Origin: Eledone cirrhosa
Taxonomy: Eukaryota
NCBI GenBank assembly: GCA_964016885.1
Contig: OZ024743.1
Span: forward strand, 269,018,001-269,082,000
DNA length: 64,000 nt
Reading direction: 5' to 3'
In this document: positions 1-18,302 of the stretch, piece after piece
Position numbering within the stretch: the first letter of the stretch is position 1
Layout of the letters: each line of letters begins with the position of its first letter
Notes under the pieces: model-generated
Told to the model about the DNA's origin: nothing
Databases searched by the model: none
What the model saw: the letters and a program-made list of their open reading frames with translations, nothing else
Made by a program: the position numbers and the translations under genes

Positions 1-254
1 TGTTGAATGAATCATTAGAAAGTACAGATCTGTAATAATTATAATAGTTTCAAAATTTAGGCACATGGCCCTGGATTTGGGCAAGGGTAAGTCGATTGTA
101 TCAACCCCAGTGCTTGACCAGTACTTTATTTTATCGACTCCGGAAGCATGAAAGGCAAAATGGACATCAGCGAGTTTTGAACTTAGAATGTAAAAAAGAT
201 CAAACAAATGTTCAGAAGTATTTTGTCGGACGCTCTACCTATTCTGCCACCCAA

Positions 255-554
255 ATGTACTCATCTGTTCCAATTGTTATAATATTCAGTTCAGATATGT
301 ATTAATAATGATGTTTATATTTATAGTACCTACCATTATAATGCTGACATCTGTTGTGAACAATTATCATTATTGGTGCATCTGTTGCACCTGCAATTAT
401 AACGTTGACATCTGTTATAGCAACAATGATAGCGTTTTAATCTGTAGTACTAATAATGTTTACATCTGTTGAATTCATATAGATAATGTTGACGTCTGTG
501 CCGTCTACCTTGATAAAGCTGACATCTGTAATATCTACCTACCATTATTATGGT
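255..554. repeat. Old degenerate ~30-bp minisatellite (TGACATCTGT core)
   Basis: (G)ACATCTGT-like core recurs near 262, 347, 378, 408, 439, 462, 492 and 522, and resumes after the SINE insertion at ~938; stops present in the minus-strand frame. Confidence 0.6.
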
Positions 555-936
555 AGGGCGGTAGATTGGCAGTATCGGTAGAGGGTCGGACGCCATGCTT
601 TCCAGCATAGTTACGTCCCTTTACGATCTGAGTTCAAATCCCGCCGAGGTTGACTTTGCCTTTCATCCTTACGGGGTCGATAAAATAAAGTACCAGTAAT
701 GCACTGGGTAATTGCTGGCCTTGTGCCTAAAGTAGAAACAATTATTATGGATTGGCAGTATCGGTAGAGGGTTGGACGCCATGCTTTCCAGCATAGTTAC
801 GTCCCTTTACGATCTGAGTTCAAATCCCGCCGAGGTTGACTTTGCCTTTCATCCTTACGGGGTCGATAAAATAAAGTACCAGTAATGCACTGGGTAATTG
901 CTGGCCTTGTGCCTAAAGTAGAAACAATTATTATGG
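555..936 (+). mobile_element. Tandem dimer of tRNA-derived SINE family A
   Basis: Two near-identical ~190-bp units with A box (TGGCAGTATCGG), B box (GAGTTCAAATCCC) and core GCCTTTCATCCTTACGGGGTCGATAAAATAAAGTACCAG resembling the Meta/MESC SINE core; flanking ATTATTATGGT duplication. Confidence 0.9.
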
Positions 937-1545
937 TGACACCTGATTAGGACTGTGGGTTGGCTGAATTAGTTATGGCACCTTTACATTCTGAGTTCAA
1001 TCTCGTTGAAATCAACTTTGCCTTTCATCCTTCTGGGATCGACAAAATCAAGTACCAGTCATGTACTGCATTCGTTATAACAGAATATCCCCAGCCCTAC
1101 ATATCGTTGGTTTTGTACTCAAAATAGAAACCATTATCTTGACGCCTGCAGTAACTATGTTATTATATTATTAGTTATTTCACAGTGGACCTAATAATGC
1201 TTTCTTTATTAACCACAAGGGTTGACATAAAGTATAACATTAAGGACAGCACAGGACGGTACAAATGGGCATTTCTGCATGTAAAGAAAAAACAATAACA
1301 AAATATGAAATAAAGGAAAATTCCCCTATAGGGGGGAGACTCCTGAGGGTCACTCGTGCAGAAAGCCATTAAAAAAAAAGCCACGGTAACCCTAACCACC
1401 TGGGCAAGTACCCTCTCCCAGTTTTCCACCTCCAATCTACAGTCGCATACTCAGAGCAGGTCCATTCACTGGGGCCATGCTTGCCTTTCTCACCCATCTT
1501 TCAACAAATTGCTGGGAAGGGAGCACTTCGCTCCGAAGTGAACCT

Positions 1546-1917
1546 AATAATTGTTTCTACTGTTGGCACAAGGCCAACTATTATTCCAGTGTATTACTGG
1601 TACTTTATTAGGGCGGTGAATTGGAAGTATCGGTAGAGGGTCGGACGCCTTGCTTTGACGCATAGAGTTACGTCCCTTGCCATTCTGAGTTCAAATCCCG
1701 CCGAGGTTAACTTTGCCTTTCATCCTTACGTGGTCGATAAAATAAAGTACCAATAATGTACTGGGTAATTGCTGGCCTTGTGTCAATAGTAGAAACAATT
1801 ATTGGTACTTTATTTTATCGACCCCGTAAGGATGAAAGGCAAAGTTAACCTCGGCGGGATTTGAACTCAGACCATAAAGGGCCGTAACTCTTTTCTGCAA
1901 AGCATAGCATCCAACCA
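1546..1917. mobile_element. SINE A (+, ~1609-1803) nested inside SINE A (-)
   Basis: Minus-strand copy is split at TGGTACTTTATT, which is duplicated on both sides of the plus-strand copy. Confidence 0.85.
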
Positions 1918-2473
1918 ATGACGGCAAAAAATAGTGTTGAACTGGTTTGGGTCGAGGATTGGTATGTCATATATATCGGGATCAGAGGATATACGATCAA
2001 TCATACAAACTAGGAAATTTGCGTTTTGATAAATTAATGATTTGCATAAGAGAAACCTTATAGTTTATGTAGATTATTAACACGTGGAAATTATTAAAGA
2101 CCAGAATGATATTTGAATAAATTATCTCTAGGTTATAATTACATAAATGTTCAGAATATATATATATATATACAAATGATAGGATTGTATGTGTGGGTAA
2201 TTTTGGATCTTGTGACTGGAAAACGAACTTCTTATTGTAGGAGCATGATTGATAGGAAATACATTGTGTGTATGTTTGTAGGTGGGTGTATATTTTATAG
2301 AGTTACGCACATATGTATGTATGTATCTACACACACACACACACATACAATCTATTTTTAGAAACGTTCGGCCGATAGGGAGATTAGTTTCAACGTTTTT
2401 GACTATGAAAACAAGTCTAATAAAGTTGGAGTTGGGCATATAAAACCCAGTGACGTCAAAGTTACTAACTTTG

Positions 2474-2538
<65 letters not shown>

Positions 2539-2599
2539 ATGTATGTATGTATATATATGTATATATCTCGCTAGTAACTATAAGTTACTCACATAATAA

Positions 2600-2642
<43 letters not shown>

Positions 2643-2675
2643 CTCGCTAGTAACTACAAGTTACTCACACAATAA

Positions 2676-2779
<104 letters not shown>

Positions 2780-2846
2780 TAAACACCCGGCGTAATATTA
2801 TGGTTGAATTTTTTCTCCATCCCTTCAATACATTCTGTTATATATA

Positions 2847-2947
2847 CAGGGTGTTCCCCCAAAATATATACACACTTCAACGGCATGCTAATAAATATTG
2901 CCTGTACAGGTAATCAAAGTATGCATACATTTTTGGGGGACACCCTG
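2847..2947. mobile_element. Tc1/mariner-type MITE
   Basis: TIRs CAGGGTGT(T)CCCCCAAAA / TTTTGGGGGACACCCTG flanked by TA; relatives at 15237-15333, ~18082-18165, 33674-33762, 50425-50500, ~59835-59897. Confidence 0.8.
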
Positions 2948-3133
2948 TATATATATATATTCATCTATCTATCTATATTTATATATGAACAATCGTCTGG
3001 TTGTGGAACCAACCAACTGGAAATTTATAAATTCCTAAATTTATAAATTTAATTTATAATAAATTGAAGTAAAAGCAATGGTGCGTGTGTTTCGTATTGG
3101 CAACATGACACTCCTATTAAAATAACAGATTAA

Positions 3134-4263
<1,130 letters not shown>

Positions 4264-4264
4264 C

Positions 4265-4383
4265 ATTTCCTTCGAATGAAACAGTTCTAGTCCTGTAGAA
4301 ACGATTTCTTTATTAAATATTGTATACACTTTACTATGTATTGAGTACCTTATTTACTGTGGTTATCCCCGACTGAACCCGGG

Positions 4384-4385
<2 letters not shown>
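4265..4385 (+). mobile_element. Truncated HHR-bearing repeat (family H1), 3' half of ribozyme
   Basis: TTTCCTTCGAATGAAACAGTTCTAGTCCTGTAGAA followed by ATTGAGTACCTTA..GTGGTTA..GAACCCGG, shared with 11448, 17707, 31617, 42336, 56325, 62100. Confidence 0.75.
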
Positions 4386-4430
<45 letters not shown>

Positions 4431-5309
4431 AATATATATATATAAATCTACAAACGCACATGGCGTATTATTATAGCTGATTTGTTTTCCATCTCTTCCT
4501 GTTCCAAATCCCTTTACTACTTGCTCCATGACCTCATTTTTTTTTCTTAAAATAATTTATTTATCTCTCTCATAGAAGGGAGAGTTGTGTGACCGTCAAC
4601 TACATTAATTGCTTCAACTCACTCTCACTCTTAGTTCAAATCCCACCGAAGTCAATTTTGCCTTTCATACTTTCGGGCTCAATAAATAAAATACCAGTCC
4701 AGTACCGAGGTCGACTCTTCCCCCACCGCCTCATTCTCTTTTCGACTTCCTTACCTTTTGTTTCTCTGGAAGCAGTCAGCTGTGTTTATACCTGGAAAGG
4801 AATGGACTCTGTTAGCTTTTAAATATCAGTCACGCTGTGTCGCTATATTCAAGGGCCGATTTAGATGTAAACTAATGGACAGTAGTTTATGGCAAGTATT
4901 TAATTGCTTGCCTTTACTACCTACCTACTTACCAAATTTCATGCCCCGCTGCCTACATACTTACCAAACAGTTTTGAGATCAAAATCTGGTGGAAGCAAC
5001 TTAATCAACACACCGCCAATTCAAACATCGAGTCTATGTTTGTATACAGCTACAATAGTTTAACCCTTTAGCATTTAAACCGGCTGTATCCGGTCAGAAT
5101 TCTCTCACCTCTTTCAGTTCAAACTGGCCGTAACTGGCCGCTCATACTGATGTTAAGGTATTATTCTCAAAATAAATAATATCAAAATCTCATAGATTCG
5201 ATATATATGAGATGAGTATATGGGATAAAGCCTTTATCACGAAAATACAATAGTATATATAGAGTAATGTACACACTAAATGTAGGCTATCTTTTCTTTG
5301 AAGCAAGTG

Positions 5310-5535
5310 TTAGCCATTCAAGCCCCATGACGAATTTCATGATTTTCCCCTACCGTTTACATCCCTCTCTCACCAACTTCCTTGCTTTCATTTCCTCATT
5401 CACCATCTTTAGCAATGTCTTTCTTGGTCTTCCCCTTTCTCCATTTCCTTCCGCATTCATTTCCACCATTCCTCTCATCCGGTCACTTTCATCTTCTTCA
5501 ACACATGACCTAACCATCTCATTCCATTTCTTTTT
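5310..5535 (-). mobile_element. RTE-clade LINE 3' fragment
   Basis: Translation includes EMNAEGNGERGRPRKT, the RTE C-terminal G-R-x-RGRP motif. Confidence 0.55.
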
Positions 5536-5574
5536 ACAACATTCATTAGTTTCTATTCCAATCATCATCTGCAA

Positions 5575-5650
<76 letters not shown>

Positions 5651-6748
5651 ACTCTCTCTCTCAGCAATAGCCTACTCCCCGACCAAGCCATTTGTATTTT
5701 TGTATGTATATACGTGGATATGTACGTACCTATATACGAATGTGTGTATGTAATCTATGCAGACCGCTCCCACCAGGTATTCCCGACTTACAATTTATTG
5801 ACATACATAATCAGCACATTATTTATTTCCCTTTCCTATATGCTTATCTGAATATTCCTAATCATGCCAACTTGCAAAGTAAATATACTTCACTAAGAAA
5901 ATCCAATAAGGTCGAAATATATCCATTACTTGAAACAAATTAGCCTATAGACAATTGCCATTCGCATCGTATTTTCTTCAAAAGCTAGGATAAGCTAGGG
6001 TGAGAGGAGTTATCGTGCTTGTTTCCACAACTGAACATCCCACTAAAGGGAGTTTTGGTCTTGAAATTACGATGATAGTCACGGTTGGTCAGATATTCCC
6101 CCATTGGCCATATTAAGGACAGTAGGACTCGACTCTATTTGTATGCATACATTTACAGACAGAGCACTCCCCTCTGGCTTTTCTGCCTCATATATTTTGA
6201 CACAGACACACTCATATATAGGCGTGACATGATCGCAGCGTAAAATATTCATAGCGAGACTCTGTATGTTTATTATACATAATAAATATGTCGTATATGC
6301 CTCCATATGGACTCTGTTATAAGTATGGCTGACTGACTACACACGTGTTTTTTGTCTCTGTTTCTATTTCTGCTTCTATTTCTCATTCTTGCTTCTGATT
6401 AAGGACTAGCGTTCGATACGTTAAAACTCTACCTACTATATCGGTAAACTAATATATATATTCATTGAACTGTATTGTTTGCTTTATTGTTTTCCGTTAA
6501 ATTTTTGCATGTATATATCTGTGTGGTGTGTGTGTGTGTGTGTGTGTGTATAACATTCGACTCTACTACGTACGATGACTCCTCTGGGTCATTGACCTAG
6601 GATGACCCCCAGCTCATTAAGCAATGACAGAAGATATATATGTATATATATATATATACAATATATATATATACATGATATGATATGTAAATATCTAGGA
6701 GTGTAACGTGCAGTCATGAAGACATTGTCCTTTTATTATTATATATGT

Positions 6749-7214
<466 letters not shown>

Positions 7215-7266
7215 ATTGAGTACCTTACTTACAGTGGTTACCTCCGATTCAACCCGGAATAACTTA

Positions 7267-7330
<64 letters not shown>

Positions 7331-7412
7331 TGATATATATATATATATAGGAAGTATGACCCCGACGGCAGAGCCCAAGCCGTTTCGACGGCTATTTCTG
7401 GAGTCCATGTAC

Positions 7413-7484
<72 letters not shown>

Positions 7485-7846
7485 CTTTATTCGTCCCACA
7501 TTTTCTAAGTTACTGATTGACATTCGCGCCTCCTCCCACTCTATTGTTTTCACATTCTTTTTGTTTTTGCCGTTTGGACTATTGTGAACACCTCCTCCTT
7601 TTCTTCTCTCTCCCCCTTCTTTCACCTCTCTCTATCTCTCACTCCTCTTCCCTCTCGCCCTCGTTTTCTCTATTGTGTTCCTGTGTAGGCTTTGGGGTGC
7701 GTCACGTTTACGGGACGTGTAAAAAAAACAAGAAGATAAAATGAATAAATAAATAACTTCACAACAATAACAAAACCTAAAACATTGTTTTCAAAGCAAC
7801 GGATCTTTTAGTGGTCACCGAACACATACCTTCATACACACACATA

Positions 7847-7877
<31 letters not shown>

Positions 7878-7980
7878 TAACTGGATTGCTCAACCACTTT
7901 GAATGTTTTAAATACTACGGTCTATATATATAAAAGTATGTATGTATGTATGTCATATATATATATATATATATATGTGT

Positions 7981-8164
7981 ATCCGCCAGATAGTCCACGC
8001 TGTAATGTGGCCGTGTAGGCAACACGGTAAAGGGCATCCAACTGTAGAAAACCCGCCAGACAGTCCTATGCGAGCAAGACAACCACTCTTGCCTCAAGTG
8101 GGAAAACTCCCGTCCAAACCCATGCAAGCGTGGAACACGGACGTTAAACGATGATGATGATGAT
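7981..8164 (+). mobile_element. RTE LINE 3' UTR fragment
   Basis: Matches 49280-49495 and ends in GGACGTTAAACGATGATGATG tail. Confidence 0.8.
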
Positions 8165-9215
<1,051 letters not shown>

Positions 9216-9381
9216 TTCTTGTTGATGGCTTCAGTCACTTGACTGCGGCCCTGTTGGAGCACAACATTCATCTAGTGTTTGTCAATTATATTAGCCTAAG
9301 TAAGTAACTATTTCAATCTGGTACTTACTTTATCGATCTCTTCTTGTTAAAGCGCTACGTTACAGTACAAAGACACAAGTA

Positions 9382-9429
<48 letters not shown>

Positions 9430-9479
9430 CATACATGTGTATGTGTGTGTGTGTATACAGGCACAAAAATAATCGTATA

Positions 9480-9521
<42 letters not shown>

Positions 9522-9655
9522 CACATACATGCATTTTTTATGGCTAGCTACCGCGCTTTGTTATTAGAGTTTCATAACTTAGCCATAATAAAGGAATATA
9601 TAAAACTCTACTTCGGTTTTCAATACTCATTCTCACGCCCGTCAATAACGCACAA

Positions 9656-9712
<57 letters not shown>

Positions 9713-9748
9713 TTATGGGCCACCTGGTTCCTTACCACATTTCCTTCG

Positions 9749-9785
<37 letters not shown>

Positions 9786-10008
9786 CACTCACACATGAAG
9801 GTTTTCTGCAGTTTCCATTTACTAATTTCTCTTAACATGGCGTTAGTGAACTTGAAGCCCCTGTTGTTGTCCTGTTGGCGTGAACCCGAAACCACACAGC
9901 CATATGAAAATAATTTAAAGAAACCTAGGCTTTTCACTGATTTAATTCTTTGTTACACATTTTTTTTAGATATTTCCAGATACATGTAATTTACCATTAT
10001 ATAATTTG

Positions 10009-10390
10009 CAGACCTACCAACCTCTAAAAACCCAAAAGGGGAGTACCATGAATAAAGTGCCTCAAAACGGGGAGAAATGAGGCAAAATGGGGAGATTTTA
10101 CATAATTGTTTCTACTTTTGGCACAAGGCCAGCAATTATTCCAGTGCATTACTGGTACTTTATTTTATCGACCCCGTAAGGATGAAAGGCAAAGTTAACC
10201 TCGGCGGGATTTGAACTCAGATCATAAAGGGAGGTAACTCTATGCTTCAAAGCATGGCGTCCGACCCTTACCGATACTGCCAATCCACATTTTACATAAT
10301 GAAAGCTATACCCATTTTCACAAGAGAAGACATCTATCAACCATCCCAAAGTGGATGGGAGCCGTCGGACGGGGAGAGTTGACAGGCCTG
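10009..10390 (+). mobile_element. MITE (CAGACCTGYCAAC TIRs) with a nested SINE A (-, ~10106-10288)
   Basis: TIRs CAGACCTACCAAC / GTTGACAGGCCTG; SINE flanked by ATTTTACATAAT duplication; uninterrupted copies at 22373-22565 and 28440-28621. Confidence 0.85.
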
Positions 10391-10731
10391 ATTTTGTGTT
10401 ACACTTGTGCCTACCTGTTACATCCCATGGGCTCTTTACTACATTTTCCTCCAAAGCACCCTTCTTCTTTGACGTTTCGTGAATGAGACCATTTTTTTTG
10501 TTATACTGCTGCCCTTATTTGTGTTTGTTGCTGCGGTGTGTAGGCCTTGTTTGGGATCATAGGAGATTATACAGCTGCTTCTTGAAAACATTGACATCCA
10601 CTCCATATAGACTCCACAAGTTTTCCAGCACAATATTAAAAACAACAACAAAACTGTGTGGGTTCTTAAACTTGGGTCTATATTAACCGTTACGCTAAAT
10701 AAGCTCATACTTAGCGCAACATTAAAACTGA

Positions 10732-10735
<4 letters not shown>

Positions 10736-10794
<59 letters not shown>

Positions 10795-11101
10795 TTATAT
10801 ATATATATACATTTATATATATATATATATATATATACATTTATATATATATATACATTTATATATATATATATATATACATTTATATATATATATATAC
10901 ATTTATATATATATATATACATATATATATATACATTTATATATATATACATATATATACATTTATATATATATACATATATATACATTTATATATATAT
11001 ATATACATTTATATATATATATATATACATTTATATATATATATATATATATACATTTATATATATATATATATACATTTATATATATATATATATACAT
11101 T

Positions 11102-11136
<35 letters not shown>

Positions 11137-11144
11137 ATATATAC

Positions 11145-11206
<62 letters not shown>

Positions 11207-11230
11207 TTATATATATATATATATATATAC

Positions 11231-11310
<80 letters not shown>

Positions 11311-11446
11311 TTATATATATATATATATATACATTTATATATATATATTACATTTATATATATATATATTACATTTATATATATATATATTACATTTATA
11401 TATATATATATATTACATTTATATATATATATATTACATTTATATA

Positions 11447-11450
<4 letters not shown>
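10736..11450. repeat. (TA)n microsatellite with periodic CATT interruptions
   Basis: Seen directly. Confidence 0.97.
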
Positions 11451-11745
<295 letters not shown>

Positions 11746-12510
11746 AATATATATATATATGTATATACACGTATAGGTCCTATAATCTTTTAAGTGCTTA
11801 GAGCTTCAAAAGTGCTTAATCCGGCCCTGCATGAATCCTAGGCTCTTGTAACTGGTCAAAGTCTGGTTGTGGGAGCTGGAGGTGGTGTGGGTGTGCTTTG
11901 GCACCGTACAGTGACATTTTGTAGGGAGATTGCTCTAGTTTAGTGCTAGTCCTCAAATGGCTAGCGCCATGTCAGTTTAATATGTGAATATAATTTTTAG
12001 TTTAATTACTGTATTATTAATGGTAATTAAATAACGTGTGACCCCAACCCCCGCACACACACTTATTCCCTGTGACTTTATTTCCTTTTACCATGTTATA
12101 TAATATATAAATATTTTACAAAATATATGATAAACGTAATACATATATGGAATAGCGATGTTATGCACATGATATAAAAATATGCATGTTATGTATATTA
12201 TTCATGTGTATACGATATAAATATATCTATACAATATATATTTTATATAAAAAATATATAGTATATGTAAGATATTTTAGAAATATTTTATATGAAATAT
12301 AATTTAATATACTCCATATATTACGCATACATTTATATATATCATATTTATAATATATATAATATATATGTATGTATATCTATTTATCTATATATATATA
12401 TATATATATATAAAGGAACGATCGACTTTCGTCAAATCGGACCGAGGGAACAATGTTTCCGTTGGTCTTTCCAATTGCTAATACTACCTATCGGTCGCAA
12501 CTCCAGGTAG

Positions 12511-12631
12511 AAGGAGCAACGTGAAATAAAGTGTCTTGCTCAAGGACATAACGCATCACCTGGTCCAGGAATCGAACTCACAACCTTACGATTGCGAATC
12601 CAATTCTCTAACCACTCAGCCACACGCCTTC
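12511..12631 (-). mobile_element. tRNA-SINE 5' part (family B/C head)
   Basis: Minus strand GGCTGAGTGGTTAG..GAGTTCGATTCC..GTCCTTGAGCAAGACACTTT. Confidence 0.8.
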
Positions 12632-12660
12632 ACTAATATAATATATAGTATATATATACA

Positions 12661-12697
<37 letters not shown>

Positions 12698-12958
12698 CAT
12701 ATATATGTATTAATATCTATATACATAATGTATATTTTATAAATATATTAAGTTTATATACCAAGTTTATTAAAGTTTATTAAAGTTTATTAATGGAATG
12801 GACTTCTTGAGTACTCCAGTTGTTCAATTCACAGCTAAGCCTGGTCCTGAAATTAACGTACCAGTGACTGATCATTCCACAAAACGAGTATTATTAACCC
12901 TTTTGACTAAACCACCTAAAACTGCCCTTCGTCTGCAATACCAAACTATTTGTGTGTA

Positions 12959-13021
<63 letters not shown>

Positions 13022-14641
13022 GATTTTTATTTATTGAAGTATAGAATAAAGTATTTATATTTATCGAAGATAAACCAGTTGCCACCTGGCTTTATGTTAG
13101 ACCCTTTGTTAAGTTACCTTCAAACGCTACTTTAATTGTATGGAAGTTGTTACATTACTAAATCTTTCCAATTTTGATTTTCAAAATTATTTGAAAATAA
13201 GCAGTGCATTTCATAAAAGAATCTGGTCATTAAAGCGTAATTGTGAGGGATGCGTTATATCTTAAAATAAGTTGGGATGGTCACAGCTGAAACCCTTTTA
13301 CCATAGGTCTGCTCAATTAGGACTGACCTATATATCTAAACAAAAATAACATGTATCCATTCCTTTGATTGATTATAACGGATGCGATGTTTTAATCTCA
13401 CATCGATCCATCGAGCGGGACCCTACATGGTCGCTTCATTTGCTAGAAATAGCAGCGAAGTCTACGTCAAAATTACGCCGCATCATCATAAATCGAAAAA
13501 AAAAAAATAAGTGAAGGATTCATTGGAAAATGTACTTCCAATTACCCTTTTAAATCCTTATGTGACTAGTGGTCATAACTGCATCTATTTGCTTAATATT
13601 GACCTGGGGTTAAACAACTTGTTTTAATTAGAACACTGTATACCGCCATTAAGGCTAGAAAATGACATTTTTTTCTTCTCTAAATCATCTCAACCTCTTG
13701 TTTTCTATGGAATAAAAAGTAAGGATGATAATGATAATAATTTATTATATTACATCATATTATTATTATTATATTAGATTATATAACAGTAATCTTTTAT
13801 AATGTTATTGATGACGATGATAAGGAAGATGATGAGAATGTTGATGATGGTAATGATGGCGGCGATAAGAAAGATGATATAATGATTTAGACATAAGGCC
13901 AGCAATTTTAGGGGAGAGGAAATTCGATTAAATGAACTCCAGTACATTACTGGTGCTTTATTTTATCGACCCCGTAAAGATGAAAATCAAAGCTAACCTC
14001 GACAGAATTTGAACTGAGATCGTAACGGGCCGTTATTATATGCCGCAAAGGATGTTTACCGACACTCTAACGATACTACCAATCCCACGCCCTAATGATG
14101 ATAATAATGGTTTCTAATTAAAACACATGTCCAGCTATTTGGGGAGAGGGAAAATCGATTAAATCGACCTCATTACTTGACTGTTACTTTATTTGATCGT
14201 TCCTCGGTAGGATGAAAATCAAAGTTGGTCCCCAGCATAAGGGTGCTGCATGGCCAAAATGTTTAAAGCGGGTGACAAAATGCTTTTCTTTATTTAGTTA
14301 AGTCTCATGAGATTCTGAGTTCAAATCCCGTCTAAGCCGACTTCAGCTTTTATGATTCTGGAATCGCTAAAAAACGATAGTAGTTAAAAATATGACCTTG
14401 TGCCTAAATTAGCGACAGTGTGTTGTGGGTGGGTGTTCAGTGACGGCTCTTTGCATCTAAAGTTTAAATCTTGTCGAGGTCAATTTGGTCTTTATATTTC
14501 TGGCGTCTTTAAAATAAAATACCAGTTATGTAGTGAGGCTTGATAGAATCAGCTGTTGTTCCAATCTAATTTCTGGTTTTGTAATTATCTCAGAAATCAT
14601 TATTATTGATATTACCCATTCTGTCATCATACTTAGTCAAC

Positions 14642-14718
<77 letters not shown>

Positions 14719-14779
14719 GTGTGTGTTTGTGCAGAAAACTATTAAAAAAAACAGAAGCCAGGCGTCGAAGAGGGTCAAT

Positions 14780-14816
<37 letters not shown>

Positions 14817-15347
14817 AACGCACGCGTGTGTGTGTGTGTGCGTGCGCGCGCCTAGCTTAGTGGTTAAGGAGTTAGGCTCACGATCGTAAGGTAGTGGGTT
14901 TGTTTCCAAGAGTTGTGACCGACAGATAGCATCAGTAATGGGAAAAGAAATGGAAATATTTTCTTCTTGGTCCTCTCTTATAATCTGCTCCTTTCGTTCT
15001 ATAATCTTTAATATCTTTAAGTAATGAGTCTTGGTTATCTGGAGTTTCACTCATGTATACAAAGGATCACCAGACAAGCCCTCTTTCTATGTGTATGTGT
15101 ATTTATACATACAAACGTGTATTTACGCTGGACACTACCGACAGCTATTGAGTCTTAGCTAATTAAATGTTTAGTTGTTTTTGCATCAGATCACACACAT
15201 ACAATACAATGTCGTTCGTTTTCCTACACACACACACAGGGTGCCAAATAAATGTATATACATTTTGATTACCAGTACAAGCAATATTTATTAGAATGTT
15301 GTTGAAGTGTGTATATATTTTTGGGACACCCTGTATGTGTGTGTATG

Positions 15348-15383
<36 letters not shown>

Positions 15384-15784
15384 TACAGGGTGTCCCCAAT
15401 ATATATAAACATAGTGAGAGAAGACATTTGATCACAGTGATATTCCAATACATGACTGATTAGGTATAGACATCATTTATTTATTAGATATTACCTACCA
15501 TGGCTTGATTTGAACTTTAAATATAATCGCTATTGAAATGAACCAACTTAATACCCAATATATTTTGTTAGCAATCTATCGCCTCTATTGCTAGCCACGT
15601 TGAAGCTGCATAGCCTAATGGTTAGCGTGCTGAATTGACGATCACAAAGTGCTGTGTTCGAATCCTCGACCAGGCTCTTTAGCAAAACACTTCATTTCAT
15701 GTTGCTTTTCATGATAAGACTGCAGTTTAAAACCATCCATTTTAAAGAACCCTTTTGTTATCTTACAAACGACGTCTTAATAAT

Positions 15785-15972
15785 TGTTTCTACTTTAGGC
15801 ACAAGGCCAGCAAAGTACCCAGTGCATAACTGGTACTTTATTTTATCGACCCCGTAAGGATGAAAGGCAAAGTCAACCTCGGCGGGATTTGAACTCAGAT
15901 CGTAAAGGGACGTAACTATGCTGGAAAGCATGGCGTCCGATCCTCTACCGATACTGCCAATCCACCGCCCTT
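15785..15972 (-). mobile_element. Full-length young SINE A with TSD
   Basis: AACGACGTCTTAATAAT duplicated at 15768-15784 and 15973-15989. Confidence 0.93.
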
Positions 15973-16285
15973 AACGACGTCTTAATAATGAAATAATTAA
16001 TACTATTAATAAACCTCTTTAAATTATTTATTAATTGAAATATAAAATCTGTTATTTAAAATATTGTGAAGAAGGGTTACAACGTCCAACGATGTTGTAT
16101 CACATCAGAGAATCTCCTGTGTGATACGACATCGTTGGACGTCTTCTAAACCTACATCGGTGTAAGCTGTACATATCCACCGTATATATTAGAATACAAG
16201 GGGGAAATTGTATTTTTCATTGAAATCCTTCTATTGTTCTCATATCATAGAATTAGCAGCTTCCACTAGATCAAACCTTTGAAGG

Positions 16286-16376
<91 letters not shown>

Positions 16377-16381
16377 TTTTC

Positions 16382-16434
<53 letters not shown>

Positions 16435-16496
16435 CAAATGAAACAAAACAAACATAGGGATGCAACAATACAAATGCCTTATTAGGATCACGCATA

Positions 16497-16582
16497 GCAG
16501 GAAGTGGAGGCGGGCTCGGCGCTTCGGACGGAAGTCGTTTGTCAGGAAATGGAAAGTTTGGATAGGGAGAGAACAGGTAGGT
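16497..16582 (+). promoter_or_regulatory. Candidate CpG-rich promoter / first exon
   Basis: CAGGAAGTG and CGGAAGT (ETS-like), GGAGGCGGGC (GC box), ATG at 16549 (MESLDRERT) then CAG|GTAGGT donor at 16576/16577. Confidence 0.3.
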
Positions 16583-16773
16583 ACATGAAAGTTTTTGAAA
16601 AGGTTGTTAAGAAGGTCGGGGGTGGTAGGTGAGTGGTCCGGCATTTGGGAGTGGTGGCCGAAGTGGAGGGTCCAGGTGCATCATAGATGTGGTTGTGTGT
16701 GTATGTGTACCGATGGGGTGAAATTGGTAGGTGTGCATTATTGTTTCTGTCTGTGTGTATACGTACACGTGCG

Positions 16774-16914
<141 letters not shown>

Positions 16915-17217
16915 CAACATGACCCTCCCAAAGTATAACAATATATATATATATATATATATATACTTACTCCATGAGAAAGGGACACTAGTAGTGTAAC
17001 TAACAATTTACTATAGTTCCTGATGACACGCATATATACACACAGGCAAACATTGACACACGTATATACACATACATGTACCTAAACTTCCTGCCATTCC
17101 GAAATAACGGTTTACTAAGAAAACAAAGGAAGCGGGGTGGAGAGGGCGTTGGTACAAAGAAATTTATTAAAATATCATACAAAAAAAAAAAAGACAAAAT
17201 TCCACTAGCTAACCAAT

Positions 17218-17251
<34 letters not shown>

Positions 17252-17637
17252 CGCATACGCACAAACATACACATACTTACAAGCACATGCACACATATCA
17301 CATAGTAACATATATCTAGAACCACAAGTGCTTTCTTGCTATTTGCAAAACTCATTTATCAGTGTCATTGTGTATGTGTATGCATGTATGTGTGTGTGTA
17401 TGTGTATGCATGCAAGTGTATGTGTGTGGGATATCTATCTGTCCTCAGTTACGTGTATGCATTTAGATATAAAAGTACTTTCGTAAAATTCTTGTTATAT
17501 ACATACATGTGTGTATATAATACACTTGTTTCTTATTCCTCATTGACTGGAACGTATGTGTTTATATATATATATATATATATACACGTGTGTGTGTATA
17601 ATATAATACACTTGTTTTTATTCCTTGTTGACTGGCA

Positions 17638-17706
<69 letters not shown>

Positions 17707-17846
17707 ATCCCGGGTTCAATCGGGGGTAACCACAGTGAGTAAGGTACTCAATACATAGCAGAGTATAGAAATGGTTTCTACAGGACTGGAACTGTTTCAT
17801 TCGAAGGAAATCAGCAGGGTACATACATATGTATATGTATGTATGT

Positions 17847-17919
<73 letters not shown>

Positions 17920-18037
17920 TATACAATATATCTTTATTCTTTTGTATGCGTAATAGCTCTGTATATATCTATGCGTACATATTTTGGATACACTCTCAAA
18001 CTCTTGACTATATATAATGTGTGTGTGTATATTTGTA

Positions 18038-18084
<47 letters not shown>

Positions 18085-18203
18085 GGTGTTTATACAAATA
18101 TATACAAATTGTATACACACTTTAATTAGAATGCTGAAGTGTGTATACAATATTTTCGGACACCCATATATCTATTTGTCACCAACCACACTTTAGTTGG
18201 CAG

Positions 18204-18302
<99 letters not shown>

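Noticed and set aside
555-650. tRNA genes from A/B boxes
   Set aside because: All are SINE heads; no complete cloverleaf seen
10400-10730. Unique-looking segments as coding exons (also ~14920-15080, ~19205-19380, ~62275-62460)
   Set aside because: No recognisable protein motif or consistent splice pair; cannot be excluded without homology or RNA data
17020-17045. CTGATGA here and at ~30208, ~44819 and ~39687 (minus)
   Set aside because: No properly placed GAAA..UH or stems, so not hammerheads
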